From assembly GCA_003649205.1 (NCBI GenBank), contig QMRC01000010.1, forward strand, positions 1-60,908: DNA of 60,908 nt. Direction: 5' to 3'. Origin of the DNA: Thermoprotei archaeon. GTDB lineage: Archaea > Thermoproteota > Thermoprotei > Thermoproteales > B15-G16. Positions 34,702-44,688 of the stretch are shown piece after piece (position 1 is the stretch's first letter; each line of letters begins with the position of its first letter). The translations under genes were made by a program, and so were the position numbers. The notes under the pieces were generated by a model. It was not told where the DNA came from. It made no database searches and saw only the letters and a program-made list of their open reading frames with translations.

Positions 34702-35364
34702 TTGATTAGAGCTGTGATATTTGACTTAGATGGTACCCTCTGTGATAGTGTTGAAGCACACGTGAGATCCTGGATTGAGGCTGTTGCTAGTTTTGGTCAT
34801 GTACTACCTAGAGACTTAATCCTGAAGTTAGTTGGTAGGACAACTAGGGAGATTGCTGAGGAGTTAGCTAGGTTAGGTCTCTGCCCTTCTGTTGATGAGC
34901 TTGTTAGGAGGAAGACAGAGATCTTTATTGGTAAGTACGTGGATTTAGTGAAGCCTAAACCTGGTGTCTATGATGTGTTGAAAGAGCTTAGGGAGTTAGG
35001 TCTTAGATTGGGTATTGCGTCTTCATCTAAGCGTGAAGCTGTCTATCGTGTGTTGTCACGTCTTGAATTGTGGAATTTCTTCAATGTTGTGGTTACTGGT
35101 GAGGAGGTTCGAAGAGGGAAGCCCGAGCCAGATATATTTCTTGAGGTATGTAGGAGATTGAGTGTTAAGCCTTTGGAGTGTGTTGGTGTTGGTGACACGG
35201 TGCACGATGTCATCGCGTGCAAAAGAGCGGGAATGATGGCTATAGCTATCGCTAGTGAGTTCTATCCTCGTGATCTACTCGCTGCTCATGGAGCTGATTA
35301 CGTAGTAAGTACTTTATTCGAGGTTGCTACCATCATTAAGTCGCTTATCGGTGCTTCTCGATGA
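34702..35364 (+). CDS. HAD-family phosphatase (beta-PGM/Gph-like)
   Basis: IFDLDGTL, GIASS, GKPEPDIF, GDTVHD; start moved to TTG 34702, after the sRNA. Confidence 0.88.
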   Translation: MIRAVIFDLDGTLCDSVEAHVRSWIEAVASFGHVLPRDLILKLVGRTTREIAEELARLGLCPSVDELVRRKTEIFIGKYVDLVKPKPGVYDVLKELRELGLRLGIASSSKREAVYRVLSRLELWNFFNVVVTGEEVRRGKPEPDIFLEVCRRLSVKPLECVGVGDTVHDVIACKRAGMMAIAIASEFYPRDLLAAHGADYVVSTLFEVATIIKSLIGASR

Positions 35365-36066
35365 TTGGAGTCTTTGAACTGCTCTTCTAAAGATACCGCA
35401 GAGGGTGTAGTACTCTCGCTTTGTTATGAATGCTCTACCTAGTGTCCTCTTGAGTATTATCTCTGCTATGTGTACTCTGTAATCAGGTAGTTCGACCAAT
35501 CTCATTAACTCCCTCATGTAGTTCAGCAGTATTTCTCGTTCTTTTCTCGTTGCTAGCTTCTGTTCTCTAGTTCTCTTCTCGAGTAGGTACCTATGCTTGT
35601 AAATTTCGTAGAGTACCACAGCAGCCGCGTGAGATACATTCATTATGGGGTACTCTGGATTTGCTGGTATCGTCACTATGATGTCACATTTCTCCAGCTC
35701 TTCATTCGTTAGTCCTATTGATTCCCTTCCAAAGAGTATAGCTACCCTACCCTCCATCTTTAAGCAGTACTTCAGCTCCCATGGTGGTACAGCTATTCTG
35801 TGAACTAAGTAGTCGTGACCTGGTTTACCTGTCGTGCCGATCACTACGTCGACATCGTCTATTGCCTCATCTAGCTTATTGACTATCACTGCACTTTCAA
35901 GTACATCCACTGCATGTGAAGCAAACTTTCTTGCTATCTCACCTATCTGTACTTTAGGGTTCACTATGTATAGTTCGTAGAACTCGAAGTTCTTCATGAC
36001 TCTAGCTACGTACCCGATGTTGATCTCATACTCTGGCTCTACGAGGACTATTCTGAACTCAACCAC
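35314..36066 (-). CDS. trmJ: TrmJ-family tRNA 2'-O-methyltransferase
   Basis: VLVEP..NIGYVARVMKNF, LFGRESIGLTNEEL, YPIMNVSHA. Confidence 0.9.
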   Translation of the reverse strand: MVEFRIVLVEPEYEINIGYVARVMKNFEFYELYIVNPKVQIGEIARKFASHAVDVLESAVIVNKLDEAIDDVDVVIGTTGKPGHDYLVHRIAVPPWELKYCLKMEGRVAILFGRESIGLTNEELEKCDIIVTIPANPEYPIMNVSHAAAVVLYEIYKHRYLLEKRTREQKLATRKEREILLNYMRELMRLVELPDYRVHIAEIILKRTLGRAFITKREYYTLCGIFRRAVQRLQSSRSTDKRLNDGSNLE

Positions 36067-36243
36067 TGTCCATCCCTCGAACTCTAGTCATTATCCTTGA
36101 GTTCTGCTCTATTATCACTTACCCCTAGTTCATGACCTATCTCTCTGCTCTGGAGGAGGTAGCGATATATATGTTGAGGAACACTATCTCTCTTCAGTAC
36201 AACATTCAGAGAGTACCTTAACCTCAGCATCGGTGTACTCGCT

Positions 36244-38448
36244 ATGAGTAGTGAAGATAGATTGATTACAATGCTGAAATTGCTTTCAGACGAGAAGAGG
36301 TACAGAGTACTCAAGTTTCTAGCTGCTCATGGACCTCTCTCCCTTAGTGACTTAGCTAGGTTGCTTGGTATGGATGCTTACACCGAGATAAGTAAGCTAA
36401 GATACCACATGAGGAAGCTTGAGAGTGAAGGATTAGTAGTACACGATACAAAGGTGAACAAGTACTACCTGACAAAACTCGGTAAGGAGCTGGTTAAGTG
36501 TCTAGGGGAGCTTCAATCTAAGCTGCTTGAGGATGAAAGAGAGATTCATGGTGTCCATGTTATGGATATTGCTTCTGTAGAGTTACTTGACTGGCATTAT
36601 TTGTACGAGCTTTTAAGACGTGAACTCTCTCTACCTAGGAAGATGGCTAAGGAACTCGCTAAGGCAGTAGAGCTGAAGATTCACTCACTAGGCCTTAAAG
36701 TAGTTCCGTTATCACTTGTTAGGGAGGTAGTATCAGCTACTCTTCTTGAGCAAGGTCTTACTGAGTACAGTAGTCTACTCGGTAAGTTAGGTCCACCAGC
36801 ATCCATCCTTAGAAGAGTACTCAGGAAATTGAAGTCCATGGGTAGCATCAAGTTAGTGCTACAGAAGATATCTGAGTTCACTATAAAGGAGTTCCTCCTC
36901 ACGAAGTTATTTCCTAGTGCTGTATCTCTTCACTACGTTAAGGGCGAGGTATTGATCGAGGCTTTAAGCAGATGGCTTCTCAATGACTTACTCTTCGTTC
37001 ACAATCCCTTTATAGTGTACAATTCCACTATACGTTTTGTCACAAGTTCATGCGTAGGTACAGTACACTGTAAGGATGGTGAAAGCACCTTAAGAACAAT
37101 TTCCTACCTAATTGGTCTATTCTCCGAGCTATATCCACTAGGTCAAGTACTTCCTCATTTCTCAACCTTCCTAGCAATGTTAAGAGCATCAAGAGACTCA
37201 GTGAAGAGATTTCTACAGGAAATACTCCTGAAAGACTATACTGGAGATCATGTTGTTACAATTCACCTAGATTACGGTATTCCTCCCGTACTTAGTAGGT
37301 ACTTGGAGAAGTACTTTAGCTACTACGTACCTACAGCTGAGGAAATTAATGAGTATTGGAGGTTAGTTCTCAGCGAACTAAGTGAGCTATTTAGTAAGTT
37401 CACCTCTCTACATGTTGTTGTTTCTCTATCACTATGGTGTGATCTACGTGATGAGGATTTTGCTCTCTTAACTAAGACCATAGCTAATGGTGTACCCGTT
37501 GTGTTGATGAGGGGATCAGAAGAGAATGTTTGCTTTACAGGTTCACTCTTTCCTCTGAATGCTAGTGATGATGTACCTACTTACCTCGGCTCAGTAGTTA
37601 GCACATCCATTATCGTGAATACTCCTCTCGCACTACTCCTAGGTGCTGATGAGGCGAAGATATTGTGCACGCTCCGTAAGTGGATTCAAGATATTACTCC
37701 TCTCATTAAGATCAAGGAGAAGTACGGTAGATCTCTCAGCTCTATTGTGGAAATTGTTAGAGGGAGTACATGTCTCAAATACACATCTGTACCCACTAAG
37801 TATTACTTGCTATCTTTTGTTGGTCTACCAGAGATAGCTCTAACACTACTAGGTGTTAAGAAGCTAGATGATATTAATCTACATAGCTACTACGACCTAA
37901 TTACACGTTTCATTGCTGGAATTCAGGAGTTTGTAAAGGAATTTAGTTCCATTGTACGGAATGAGAGGGTTAAGGTTATGTGGTGTTTACGTACGACAAG
38001 TTGTGCTAGTAAGGTACTTTCCTCAGTTAAGAAGTCTAAGATCCTACCCCAAGCAGTACCAAATACCACGTACTTGGGTCTTGTACCACTTTACCTACCT
38101 ATCTCCTTACAGGAGAGATTGGAGCTTGCACATAGGTTATGTAACTTCGGAGATGTCATGTATGTTCAATTAGGTTCATCAGCTAAAGACTTCATTGCTG
38201 AATTAGTTCATGAGGTGATTTCATCCGGTAGCTGTACCGCGCTGATTCCATTGATGGATCTAACGAAGTGCATGTACTGTTGCTGTAGTTCAATAGGTCT
38301 ATACGATTCATGTAGGTCCTGCCTATCGTACATGGGAGTAATTAAAGTGGGTAGGGTGATCTCTAGGTATCTATTCCTAGATGATGTACCAGCAGTTGTT
38401 AGGGAGGAGTACCTTAAGAGGGTTAGGTACCAGTACTTCTCCTCCTAG
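36244..38448 (+). CDS. ArsR-type HTH fused to a degenerate class III ribonucleotide reductase (NrdD)-like domain
   Basis: N-terminal HTH (LSDEKRYRVL..LRYHMRKLESEGLV); ATP-cone-like LVREVVSATLLEQGL; NrdD-like FVHN, GQVLPHFSTFLA, SFVGLPE, C-terminal CMYC..CRSC; RVISRY in place of the glycyl-radical loop. Confidence 0.6.
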   Translation: MSSEDRLITMLKLLSDEKRYRVLKFLAAHGPLSLSDLARLLGMDAYTEISKLRYHMRKLESEGLVVHDTKVNKYYLTKLGKELVKCLGELQSKLLEDEREIHGVHVMDIASVELLDWHYLYELLRRELSLPRKMAKELAKAVELKIHSLGLKVVPLSLVREVVSATLLEQGLTEYSSLLGKLGPPASILRRVLRKLKSMGSIKLVLQKISEFTIKEFLLTKLFPSAVSLHYVKGEVLIEALSRWLLNDLLFVHNPFIVYNSTIRFVTSSCVGTVHCKDGESTLRTISYLIGLFSELYPLGQVLPHFSTFLAMLRASRDSVKRFLQEILLKDYTGDHVVTIHLDYGIPPVLSRYLEKYFSYYVPTAEEINEYWRLVLSELSELFSKFTSLHVVVSLSLWCDLRDEDFALLTKTIANGVPVVLMRGSEENVCFTGSLFPLNASDDVPTYLGSVVSTSIIVNTPLALLLGADEAKILCTLRKWIQDITPLIKIKEKYGRSLSSIVEIVRGSTCLKYTSVPTKYYLLSFVGLPEIALTLLGVKKLDDINLHSYYDLITRFIAGIQEFVKEFSSIVRNERVKVMWCLRTTSCASKVLSSVKKSKILPQAVPNTTYLGLVPLYLPISLQERLELAHRLCNFGDVMYVQLGSSAKDFIAELVHEVISSGSCTALIPLMDLTKCMYCCCSSIGLYDSCRSCLSYMGVIKVGRVISRYLFLDDVPAVVREEYLKRVRYQYFSS

Positions 38449-38830
38449 TTTGGAGTAGCAGTATTGCTTGAGCCAAGTCACCACCAGTTTCTTCAAGTGC
38501 TTTTCTAGCTTCCTCTAGACTAACACCAGCTTGTGCTGCTACTAGAGCTACATCCTCCTCTGTGAATGTAGGTTTTGGCTTTTCCTCAACTACTGGTTTC
38601 TCTGCAATGCTACGCTCTGTAACCTCCTGCTCCCTGCATAAGACTTGGTACATGACCATACCCTGAGGTAGCTTTATCTGAGAGACCTGCGGGTTGTAGA
38701 GGACAAGCTCCTTACCAGTGCTAAACTTAATGACAACACACTCAACATCCTTGACCTCACTTAACTGAATACCAAGACTCTGCATGTGCTGCATTAATCT
38801 CCTAAGTTCACGCATGCTAAGTCTTCTCAC
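38423..38830 (-). CDS. nac: nascent polypeptide-associated complex protein
   Basis: NAC domain plus UBA (EDVALVAAQAGVSLEEARKALEETGGDLAQAI). Confidence 0.92.
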   Translation of the reverse strand: MRRLSMRELRRLMQHMQSLGIQLSEVKDVECVVIKFSTGKELVLYNPQVSQIKLPQGMVMYQVLCREQEVTERSIAEKPVVEEKPKPTFTEEDVALVAAQAGVSLEEARKALEETGGDLAQAILLLQTRRRSTGT

Positions 38831-41594
38831 TCCTAAACACCTCCTCCAATATCTCCTTCACCTTATCCTCAACCTTACTCAAGTCTGTACTCCTACATAT
38901 ACCCATTCCATAGGTACCCCTTCCTCCTCCTCTTCCACCAAATTCCTTAACTACTTTCGTAACTACATCACCGCAGTCAATACCTAGCTGATGGCAGAGT
39001 TCTTTATTAGCAGCAACATACACCTCAATAATACCTCTATCCTCTAGGAGATTTAGCACTACAGCAAGAGCTCTAGTACTTTCGGTGAAGTCCTTTAATA
39101 CCTCATTCACTACATCTCTATCGAGATTCTTGAAGCTACATACTGCACAGGATACACCACGTACATGTGATGTACTTGCCTTAAGTAGCTGAAGGAGTAG
39201 GTCTCTGGTAATTCTGTAGTACCTACTTAGCTTTTCTGAAGTCTCTTTTAGTCTTTCTACTAAACTCCGTGTGCTCTGCTCTATCGTTCTCACATCTGGG
39301 CTACAGTTCAAGACTCTCGCTATTTCCCGTAATTTCTCCTCAATCTCGTCAGTGTACCTAACTAAGCTAGGTCCGACAGTGAAGTATAGCCTAATAACAC
39401 CTTCTTGAACTCTCTCCCACTTAACAACCTTTATAGCACCAACCTCACCCGTAGTCCTGCAGTGTGTTCCACCACAGGCTTGTGCATCAAATCCCTCGAT
39501 CTCTACAACGCGTATTACTCTAGCTGGTACAACACCTCCTTGATAGAGTGTAAATCCGAACTTAGCTTCTGCTTTTTCTCGCTCAATGAAGTATGTCTTT
39601 ACTGGTAAGTTTTTGAGAACGATATCGTTAGCTAGCATCTCTATCTTCTTAACCTCATCATGAGTTAGGTGCTTGTAATGTGTTATGTCGAGTCTACTGA
39701 TGTAGGGGTCTTTCTGTGCACCTGCTTGCCAAACATGTTTACCTAGTACTGCTCTAGCTGCTGCAAGTACTATGTGTGTTGCTGTGTGTGCTCTCATGAG
39801 TAATCTCCTTCTTGTGTAGTCTATTACTCCCTTCACTACCTCTCCTTCCTTAGGTGCTGAGCCCTCGATCTTATGCACTATGATGTTCCCAATTAATTTC
39901 ACATCAATAACCCTACACTTACCACTTTCGTGAACTAACTCACCTACATCAGCTGGTTGCCCACCACCTTCAGGGTAGAATGCCGTTCTGTCTAGAACTA
40001 CATACTTACCATCGATGACCTTCAGCACCCTCGCAGTGAACTCTATGAGGTATGGATCGTCATAGTAGAGCTGCTGCGTAGGTGGTAAGTCTTTGAGAAT
40101 GGTGCTTAGTCTGGTGTACTCGTCCTCAATCCTCTCCTCAACTCTAGCTCTCTGATGCTTCTCTGCTAGTATGGTGTAGAAGTTGTCAGGTATTGTAACA
40201 GATATGCCGTGTCTAGATGCTACGTCTGTAACTACCTCAGGTGGTATACCGTGTGAGTCATATAGCTCGATTAAGCTGTCTAGAGATAGCTCCTTACCGC
40301 CTCTCCTCACTACATCCTCAATTAACTTCTCAACAACCTTCCTACCTCTCCTAAGTACTTCCCTATACTTCCTCTCCTCAAGATCAACAATCTCGAGTAC
40401 CTTGTCTTCAACCTCCTTAACCTCTGGTACTATCGTAGCTACATGTGGTATTTGAAGTGCTACCACCTCAGTTAGTGGGTACTCGACGTTCATGGAGTAC
40501 ATAGCTCTTAACATACGACGTATGAGTAGTCTAACGAGGTATCCAGCACCTGAATTCGATGGTACTACACCATCTGTTAACATGAGTACGACGCTCTTAC
40601 TGTGATCAGCTAGTGTGTAGAGTAGTTCCTGTGGAGTAGTTATCTTCTCAAGTTCATCAATTTCCATACCAAGGCTCTTCGCTATAAATTCTCTAAACTT
40701 CCTCAAGCTCATTTTCTTGAGATCTAGCTTACCCGATATCCTGGTTATCTTTGCCAGTAGGTCATCACTTACCCTCTCGAAGCCTAGCCTAGTCCTTAAC
40801 TTCTCTATGAAGTTGGGGAACACGGCGTCATATATTGTAGGTCTTCCTGTGAGCAACCAGTATATCCTCTCAAGCCCATACCCCGTATCTACGATCCTAT
40901 TCTCCATCGGTACTACCTTCTCCTCATCAAGTACCCTGTAGTGCATGAATACTAGAGTAGCTACTTCAAGTCCTCTAATCAGTACTTCAAAATCCTCACC
41001 AGCATTACCACCACCAGACCACCAATCCTCAATAAATGATATTTCCTCAGGTGGTATCTTGAGTTCCTTAGTGAAGAAGTCAAAACATAGCTCAACAGTT
41101 TCATTATTCCAGTACACTTCCATTGGTGGTATGTTGAATGCGTGGTGAGCCATCATCTCGAACGCTGTTAGGTGTCTACCACTTCTACCCACATTATCTA
41201 CATCTGTTAAGCGGATACAGGGCTGTGAAATGACTAGTGGATTCGCTGGTGGTGGAACAATACCCTCAGTTACCCATGGTTGGAAGTCGTAGATTGAAGC
41301 TCCAACTAGGTATACATCCTCTCTCCACCTAGCTACGACCGGGTACCTTTTAACTCTAGTATGTCCTCTCCTCTCAAAGAATGATAGAAACCTCTCTCTA
41401 ACTTCATCCATTGAGCTAGGTCTAATAGATGGTGGAGGATTAAGTATGAAGGTGTAGTCAGTACAGGGCTGATCCCCACAAACCTCTTGATCTTCACGAA
41501 GTGTCCAGAAGTACCTACCACATATCTTACATTTCTTCCTGATAAATCCTTCACGCTTGAAGAGTTCAACGAAGTACAGCTCTTCTCTACTCAT
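38817..41594 (-). CDS. alaS: alanine--tRNA ligase
   Basis: VGASIYDFQP, FEMMAHHAFN, DTGYGLER, FYPEGGGQ, HTATH, QACGGTH, GGRGGG. Confidence 0.97.
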   Translation of the reverse strand: MSREELYFVELFKREGFIRKKCKICGRYFWTLREDQEVCGDQPCTDYTFILNPPPSIRPSSMDEVRERFLSFFERRGHTRVKRYPVVARWREDVYLVGASIYDFQPWVTEGIVPPPANPLVISQPCIRLTDVDNVGRSGRHLTAFEMMAHHAFNIPPMEVYWNNETVELCFDFFTKELKIPPEEISFIEDWWSGGGNAGEDFEVLIRGLEVATLVFMHYRVLDEEKVVPMENRIVDTGYGLERIYWLLTGRPTIYDAVFPNFIEKLRTRLGFERVSDDLLAKITRISGKLDLKKMSLRKFREFIAKSLGMEIDELEKITTPQELLYTLADHSKSVVLMLTDGVVPSNSGAGYLVRLLIRRMLRAMYSMNVEYPLTEVVALQIPHVATIVPEVKEVEDKVLEIVDLEERKYREVLRRGRKVVEKLIEDVVRRGGKELSLDSLIELYDSHGIPPEVVTDVASRHGISVTIPDNFYTILAEKHQRARVEERIEDEYTRLSTILKDLPPTQQLYYDDPYLIEFTARVLKVIDGKYVVLDRTAFYPEGGGQPADVGELVHESGKCRVIDVKLIGNIIVHKIEGSAPKEGEVVKGVIDYTRRRLLMRAHTATHIVLAAARAVLGKHVWQAGAQKDPYISRLDITHYKHLTHDEVKKIEMLANDIVLKNLPVKTYFIEREKAEAKFGFTLYQGGVVPARVIRVVEIEGFDAQACGGTHCRTTGEVGAIKVVKWERVQEGVIRLYFTVGPSLVRYTDEIEEKLREIARVLNCSPDVRTIEQSTRSLVERLKETSEKLSRYYRITRDLLLQLLKASTSHVRGVSCAVCSFKNLDRDVVNEVLKDFTESTRALAVVLNLLEDRGIIEVYVAANKELCHQLGIDCGDVVTKVVKEFGGRGGGRGTYGMGICRSTDLSKVEDKVKEILEEVFRSEKT

Positions 41595-41730
41595 TTCCTA
41601 AACCTCTACTCAAGCACTTCCTCACCTAGGTATCTTAGGACGAGGTATTATTAGTTTACACTACCTTCATAGGTATTGAGAGGAGGGGTACTTTACTTAG
41701 GAAGAGAGAATTTAAAATAACTAGATTTTG

Positions 41731-42768
41731 CTAGCCGAAGAGGCTTGCTAGTCCTTCTGCTATTGATTCTTCTGTGGTTTCTTCCTTCTCCTCCTCCTTA
41801 GGCTTCTCCTCTTTCTTCTCCTCTACCTTCTCTACCGGCTTCGGTATCTGTGGCAGCTCTACCCTTATACCTAGCTCAGGTACCTTACTCGAGAGTACTG
41901 CTGCTAGTATCTGCGCTTCTGCATGTGCTTTAGCTAGTAGTAGTGGTGCTGTCTCGCTTGTCAGTATTCCTGCATTGACTGCTAGGTTGACTGCCCTAGT
42001 GTGTGCTAGCGAGATTACGTACTTCATTGCCTCTGGTACTGGTATAGCTGCATTAACTGCTAGGTTCATGGCAAATCTAACAGCGTTCTCGATATCGCTT
42101 CTGTACTGATCTATGTTGAGTATTAGCTGTTCACCTGGTATGACCATCTTGTCCGATAGTGCTGCCTTAACCTTAAGCTCTATGGGTATTGGCTTTATAC
42201 CCAATCTCATCAGTATCTCAGCTAGTTCTGGACTAATTACGTCACCAGGCTTAGCAACTACTGTATCCTTAACTACCCAAATCGTTCCTTCCTGTATCCT
42301 AGCTGGGATCCTCAATCTACTGAACCTGCTCAGTATTGGACCTGGTGGTATACCTGTATTCCCTGCTGGTATCACGATCTCGGAGGGTGCTATGTCGCCG
42401 GGTCTAGCCTCTCTAAATACCTTGTTCTTCTCCAAGAACATACATAGCTCAAATGGGTTCTCGTTGCTAAATACGAAGATGTTCTGTCCGGTCAGGTAAT
42501 TCTCCATCTCCTGAACAATGGGGTTATTCTCACCATACACCTTCTTCAGAGCTAATCTCATTAAGGTGTTCTTGATCAACTTCATCACACTACCTCTCTT
42601 CCTAAGCTCTGCTCTTATCTGGTGGAGTGCCGCTGCAGGTACACCCTGTAAGTTGATCACTAGCACTGTGCGGTAGCTACTTAAGAGCTTCGTAGCTTCC
42701 TCTAGCATTCTCCTCTTTCTCTCTGGGTAAGGTCTCCTCCTAACGTACTTACCCTTGACCGTACTCAT
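41731..42768 (-). CDS. rpl10: 50S ribosomal protein L10/P0
   Basis: KNTL, ARPGDIAP, GNTGIPPGP, acidic tail ending GLASLFG. Confidence 0.95.
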   Translation of the reverse strand: MSTVKGKYVRRRPYPERKRRMLEEATKLLSSYRTVLVINLQGVPAAALHQIRAELRKRGSVMKLIKNTLMRLALKKVYGENNPIVQEMENYLTGQNIFVFSNENPFELCMFLEKNKVFREARPGDIAPSEIVIPAGNTGIPPGPILSRFSRLRIPARIQEGTIWVVKDTVVAKPGDVISPELAEILMRLGIKPIPIELKVKAALSDKMVIPGEQLILNIDQYRSDIENAVRFAMNLAVNAAIPVPEAMKYVISLAHTRAVNLAVNAGILTSETAPLLLAKAHAEAQILAAVLSSKVPELGIRVELPQIPKPVEKVEEKKEEKPKEEEKEETTEESIAEGLASLFG

Positions 42769-42773
42769 CTACA

Positions 42774-43433
42774 TCACTTCCATGGAGTCATACGCACTGC
42801 TGGTCCCATAGTCAACTTCACGTACGCGCACTCAACGTTTTGTGGTATCTTAAACTTTTGCTCAATAGCTTCAAACACAGCAACTATGTTCTCAGCTATC
42901 TTCCTACTGTCCATATCTTCAGTACCAACTCTACACATTACTAGAGGTTGATCTCTGACACGAATTCTAACAGCTCTACGTAATCTCTCTATGTAGGCTT
43001 TTAAGTCGACAGCCGGTGTTATCGGCTCTGGCATCTTACCTCGTGGACCGAGTATTGGACCCATTATCCTACCTATGAGTGGTAGTAGATCTCTCTGAGC
43101 TATGAAGAAGTCATAGGTCTGAGCTAGTTTCCTAACAGCTTTCTTATTACCAGCCATTTTCTCCACATCATCTCTCGTCAAGACAGCATCGGCACCGGCT
43201 TCGCGAGCCTTGACAGCGAGATCTCCATGAGCTATGACGCATACCTTCCTCTCTTTACCAGGTATTGAGTGTGGTAGTGGTACTACGATATTGAGTCTGT
43301 TCTCAGGTCTCTTTAGATCAACATCCCTCAACACGATTACTAAGTCAACAGATTGCTTGAATTTCCTTGGCTTAGCCAACTTCTTAGCTTCCTCAACAGC
43401 TCTAACAATTTCATCTAGGTTCAGGGTAACCAT
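42774..43433 (-). CDS. rpl1: 50S ribosomal protein L1
   Basis: RKFKQSVDL, LGPRGKMP, KLTMGP. Confidence 0.96.
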   Translation of the reverse strand: MVTLNLDEIVRAVEEAKKLAKPRKFKQSVDLVIVLRDVDLKRPENRLNIVVPLPHSIPGKERKVCVIAHGDLAVKAREAGADAVLTRDDVEKMAGNKKAVRKLAQTYDFFIAQRDLLPLIGRIMGPILGPRGKMPEPITPAVDLKAYIERLRRAVRIRVRDQPLVMCRVGTEDMDSRKIAENIVAVFEAIEQKFKIPQNVECAYVKLTMGPAVRMTPWK

Positions 43434-43951
43434 TACAGTAGACCCTCCTCCTTAAGCTTCTCCTCATACTTCTTCAAAACTTCGTCGTATAAACCTTGGT
43501 CAATCTCCTTAGACACAATCTTGGGATCCTTACCCTCAACTAAAACACCAGCACTCTTACACGAACCAAGAACTTGCTTCACAGCACCTCTAAAAGTTTT
43601 TGATCTGAGATCTCTGAACTTTATGTAAGCTATCTTCGCTACTTGCTCAATTGTTAGATTTGCTGCTTGTTCTCTACCAGGTTGGTGAGCACCTGTCTGT
43701 ATACCTGCTTCCTTGAATATCAGCGCTGCAGTAGATGGTGTACCGACTTCGACTTCAAATTCCTTTGTATCCAGGTCAACAGTTACCTTAACAGGTACTG
43801 TTAGACCACTGAATTCCTTTGTCTTCTCATTGATGACCTTAACTACCTCAGCTATGTTCACTCCTAGTGGGCCTAGTGCTGGTCCTATTGGTGGTCCTGT
43901 CGTCGCGTTTCCACCCTGTACCATAAACGTGAAAGTCTTCTTGGTACCCAT
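43433..43951 (-). CDS. rpl11: 50S ribosomal protein L11
   Basis: GPPIGPALGPLG, VPVKV, GSCKSAGV. Confidence 0.96.
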   Translation of the reverse strand: MGTKKTFTFMVQGGNATTGPPIGPALGPLGVNIAEVVKVINEKTKEFSGLTVPVKVTVDLDTKEFEVEVGTPSTAALIFKEAGIQTGAHQPGREQAANLTIEQVAKIAYIKFRDLRSKTFRGAVKQVLGSCKSAGVLVEGKDPKIVSKEIDQGLYDEVLKKYEEKLKEEGLL

Positions 43952-43963
43952 CTATGGTCCCTC

Positions 43964-44428
43964 CTAGGTCTTAGCTTTCTTCACTGGTTTAACGAAATCT
44001 GCTTTTAAGGTAAGCGGTAGTGGGTAGGAGGCATCCAGTAGCTCTATCCTAATGGTACCACTAGCCTTATCTATGTGTGTTACTCTACCTCTAACACCCC
44101 TAAAGGGTCCACTAATGACCTCTACCTCATCACCTATCGATAGCTCCTCAATAACTGGCTTAGGTATAAGTAGGTGCTCCAGCTCGGCTATATTGACCTT
44201 ACCAGGTACTCTACCCCGTACATGCTTTATACCATAGATCAACCTATCTACGTAGTATGGGTATGTTGTCTCAACAAAGACCACACCTCTTATGTTCTCT
44301 ATGACGACAATCGATCTAATTGGTAGCTTCTGTCCCTCAGCTCTAGCTCTCATGATGAGAGCTACATTCATTTCTTGTCCCGATACTGTTCTAACTGCGT
44401 AGATAAATGATACAGGTTTTTGAGACAT
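43964..44428 (-). CDS. spt5: transcription elongation factor Spt5
   Basis: AVRTVSGQE, GVVFVE, KOW motif GDEVEVISGPFRG. Confidence 0.95.
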   Translation of the reverse strand: MSQKPVSFIYAVRTVSGQEMNVALIMRARAEGQKLPIRSIVVIENIRGVVFVETTYPYYVDRLIYGIKHVRGRVPGKVNIAELEHLLIPKPVIEELSIGDEVEVISGPFRGVRGRVTHIDKASGTIRIELLDASYPLPLTLKADFVKPVKKAKT

Positions 44429-44688
44429 TATCTTCGCCTCCTAAGGAAGATCATAAGTAGCACACCCACGAGTACGGCTAGTACCACTAGCATTATGATA
44501 ACGGTAGTTGAAGTTAAACCTGCTCTCAGTGGTGAGTATGGTAGCAATATGAGGGATGCTATCAACCTTATTATGAAGGTGTAGAATCCGAGGATTAGTA
44601 AGCCGATTCCAGTAACTCGTAGCATGAGCCTGTACTCCTTGCTCGAGGGCTTCTTCGATACCTTGAGTATCCAAATTACCTTCGACAT
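44428..44688 (-). CDS. secE: protein translocase subunit SecE/Sec61-gamma (with a second TM)
   Basis: ILKVSKKPSSKEY..VTGIG..G; immediately upstream of spt5. Confidence 0.85.
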   Translation of the reverse strand: MSKVIWILKVSKKPSSKEYRLMLRVTGIGLLILGFYTFIIRLIASLILLPYSPLRAGLTSTTVIIMLVVLAVLVGVLLMIFLRRRR

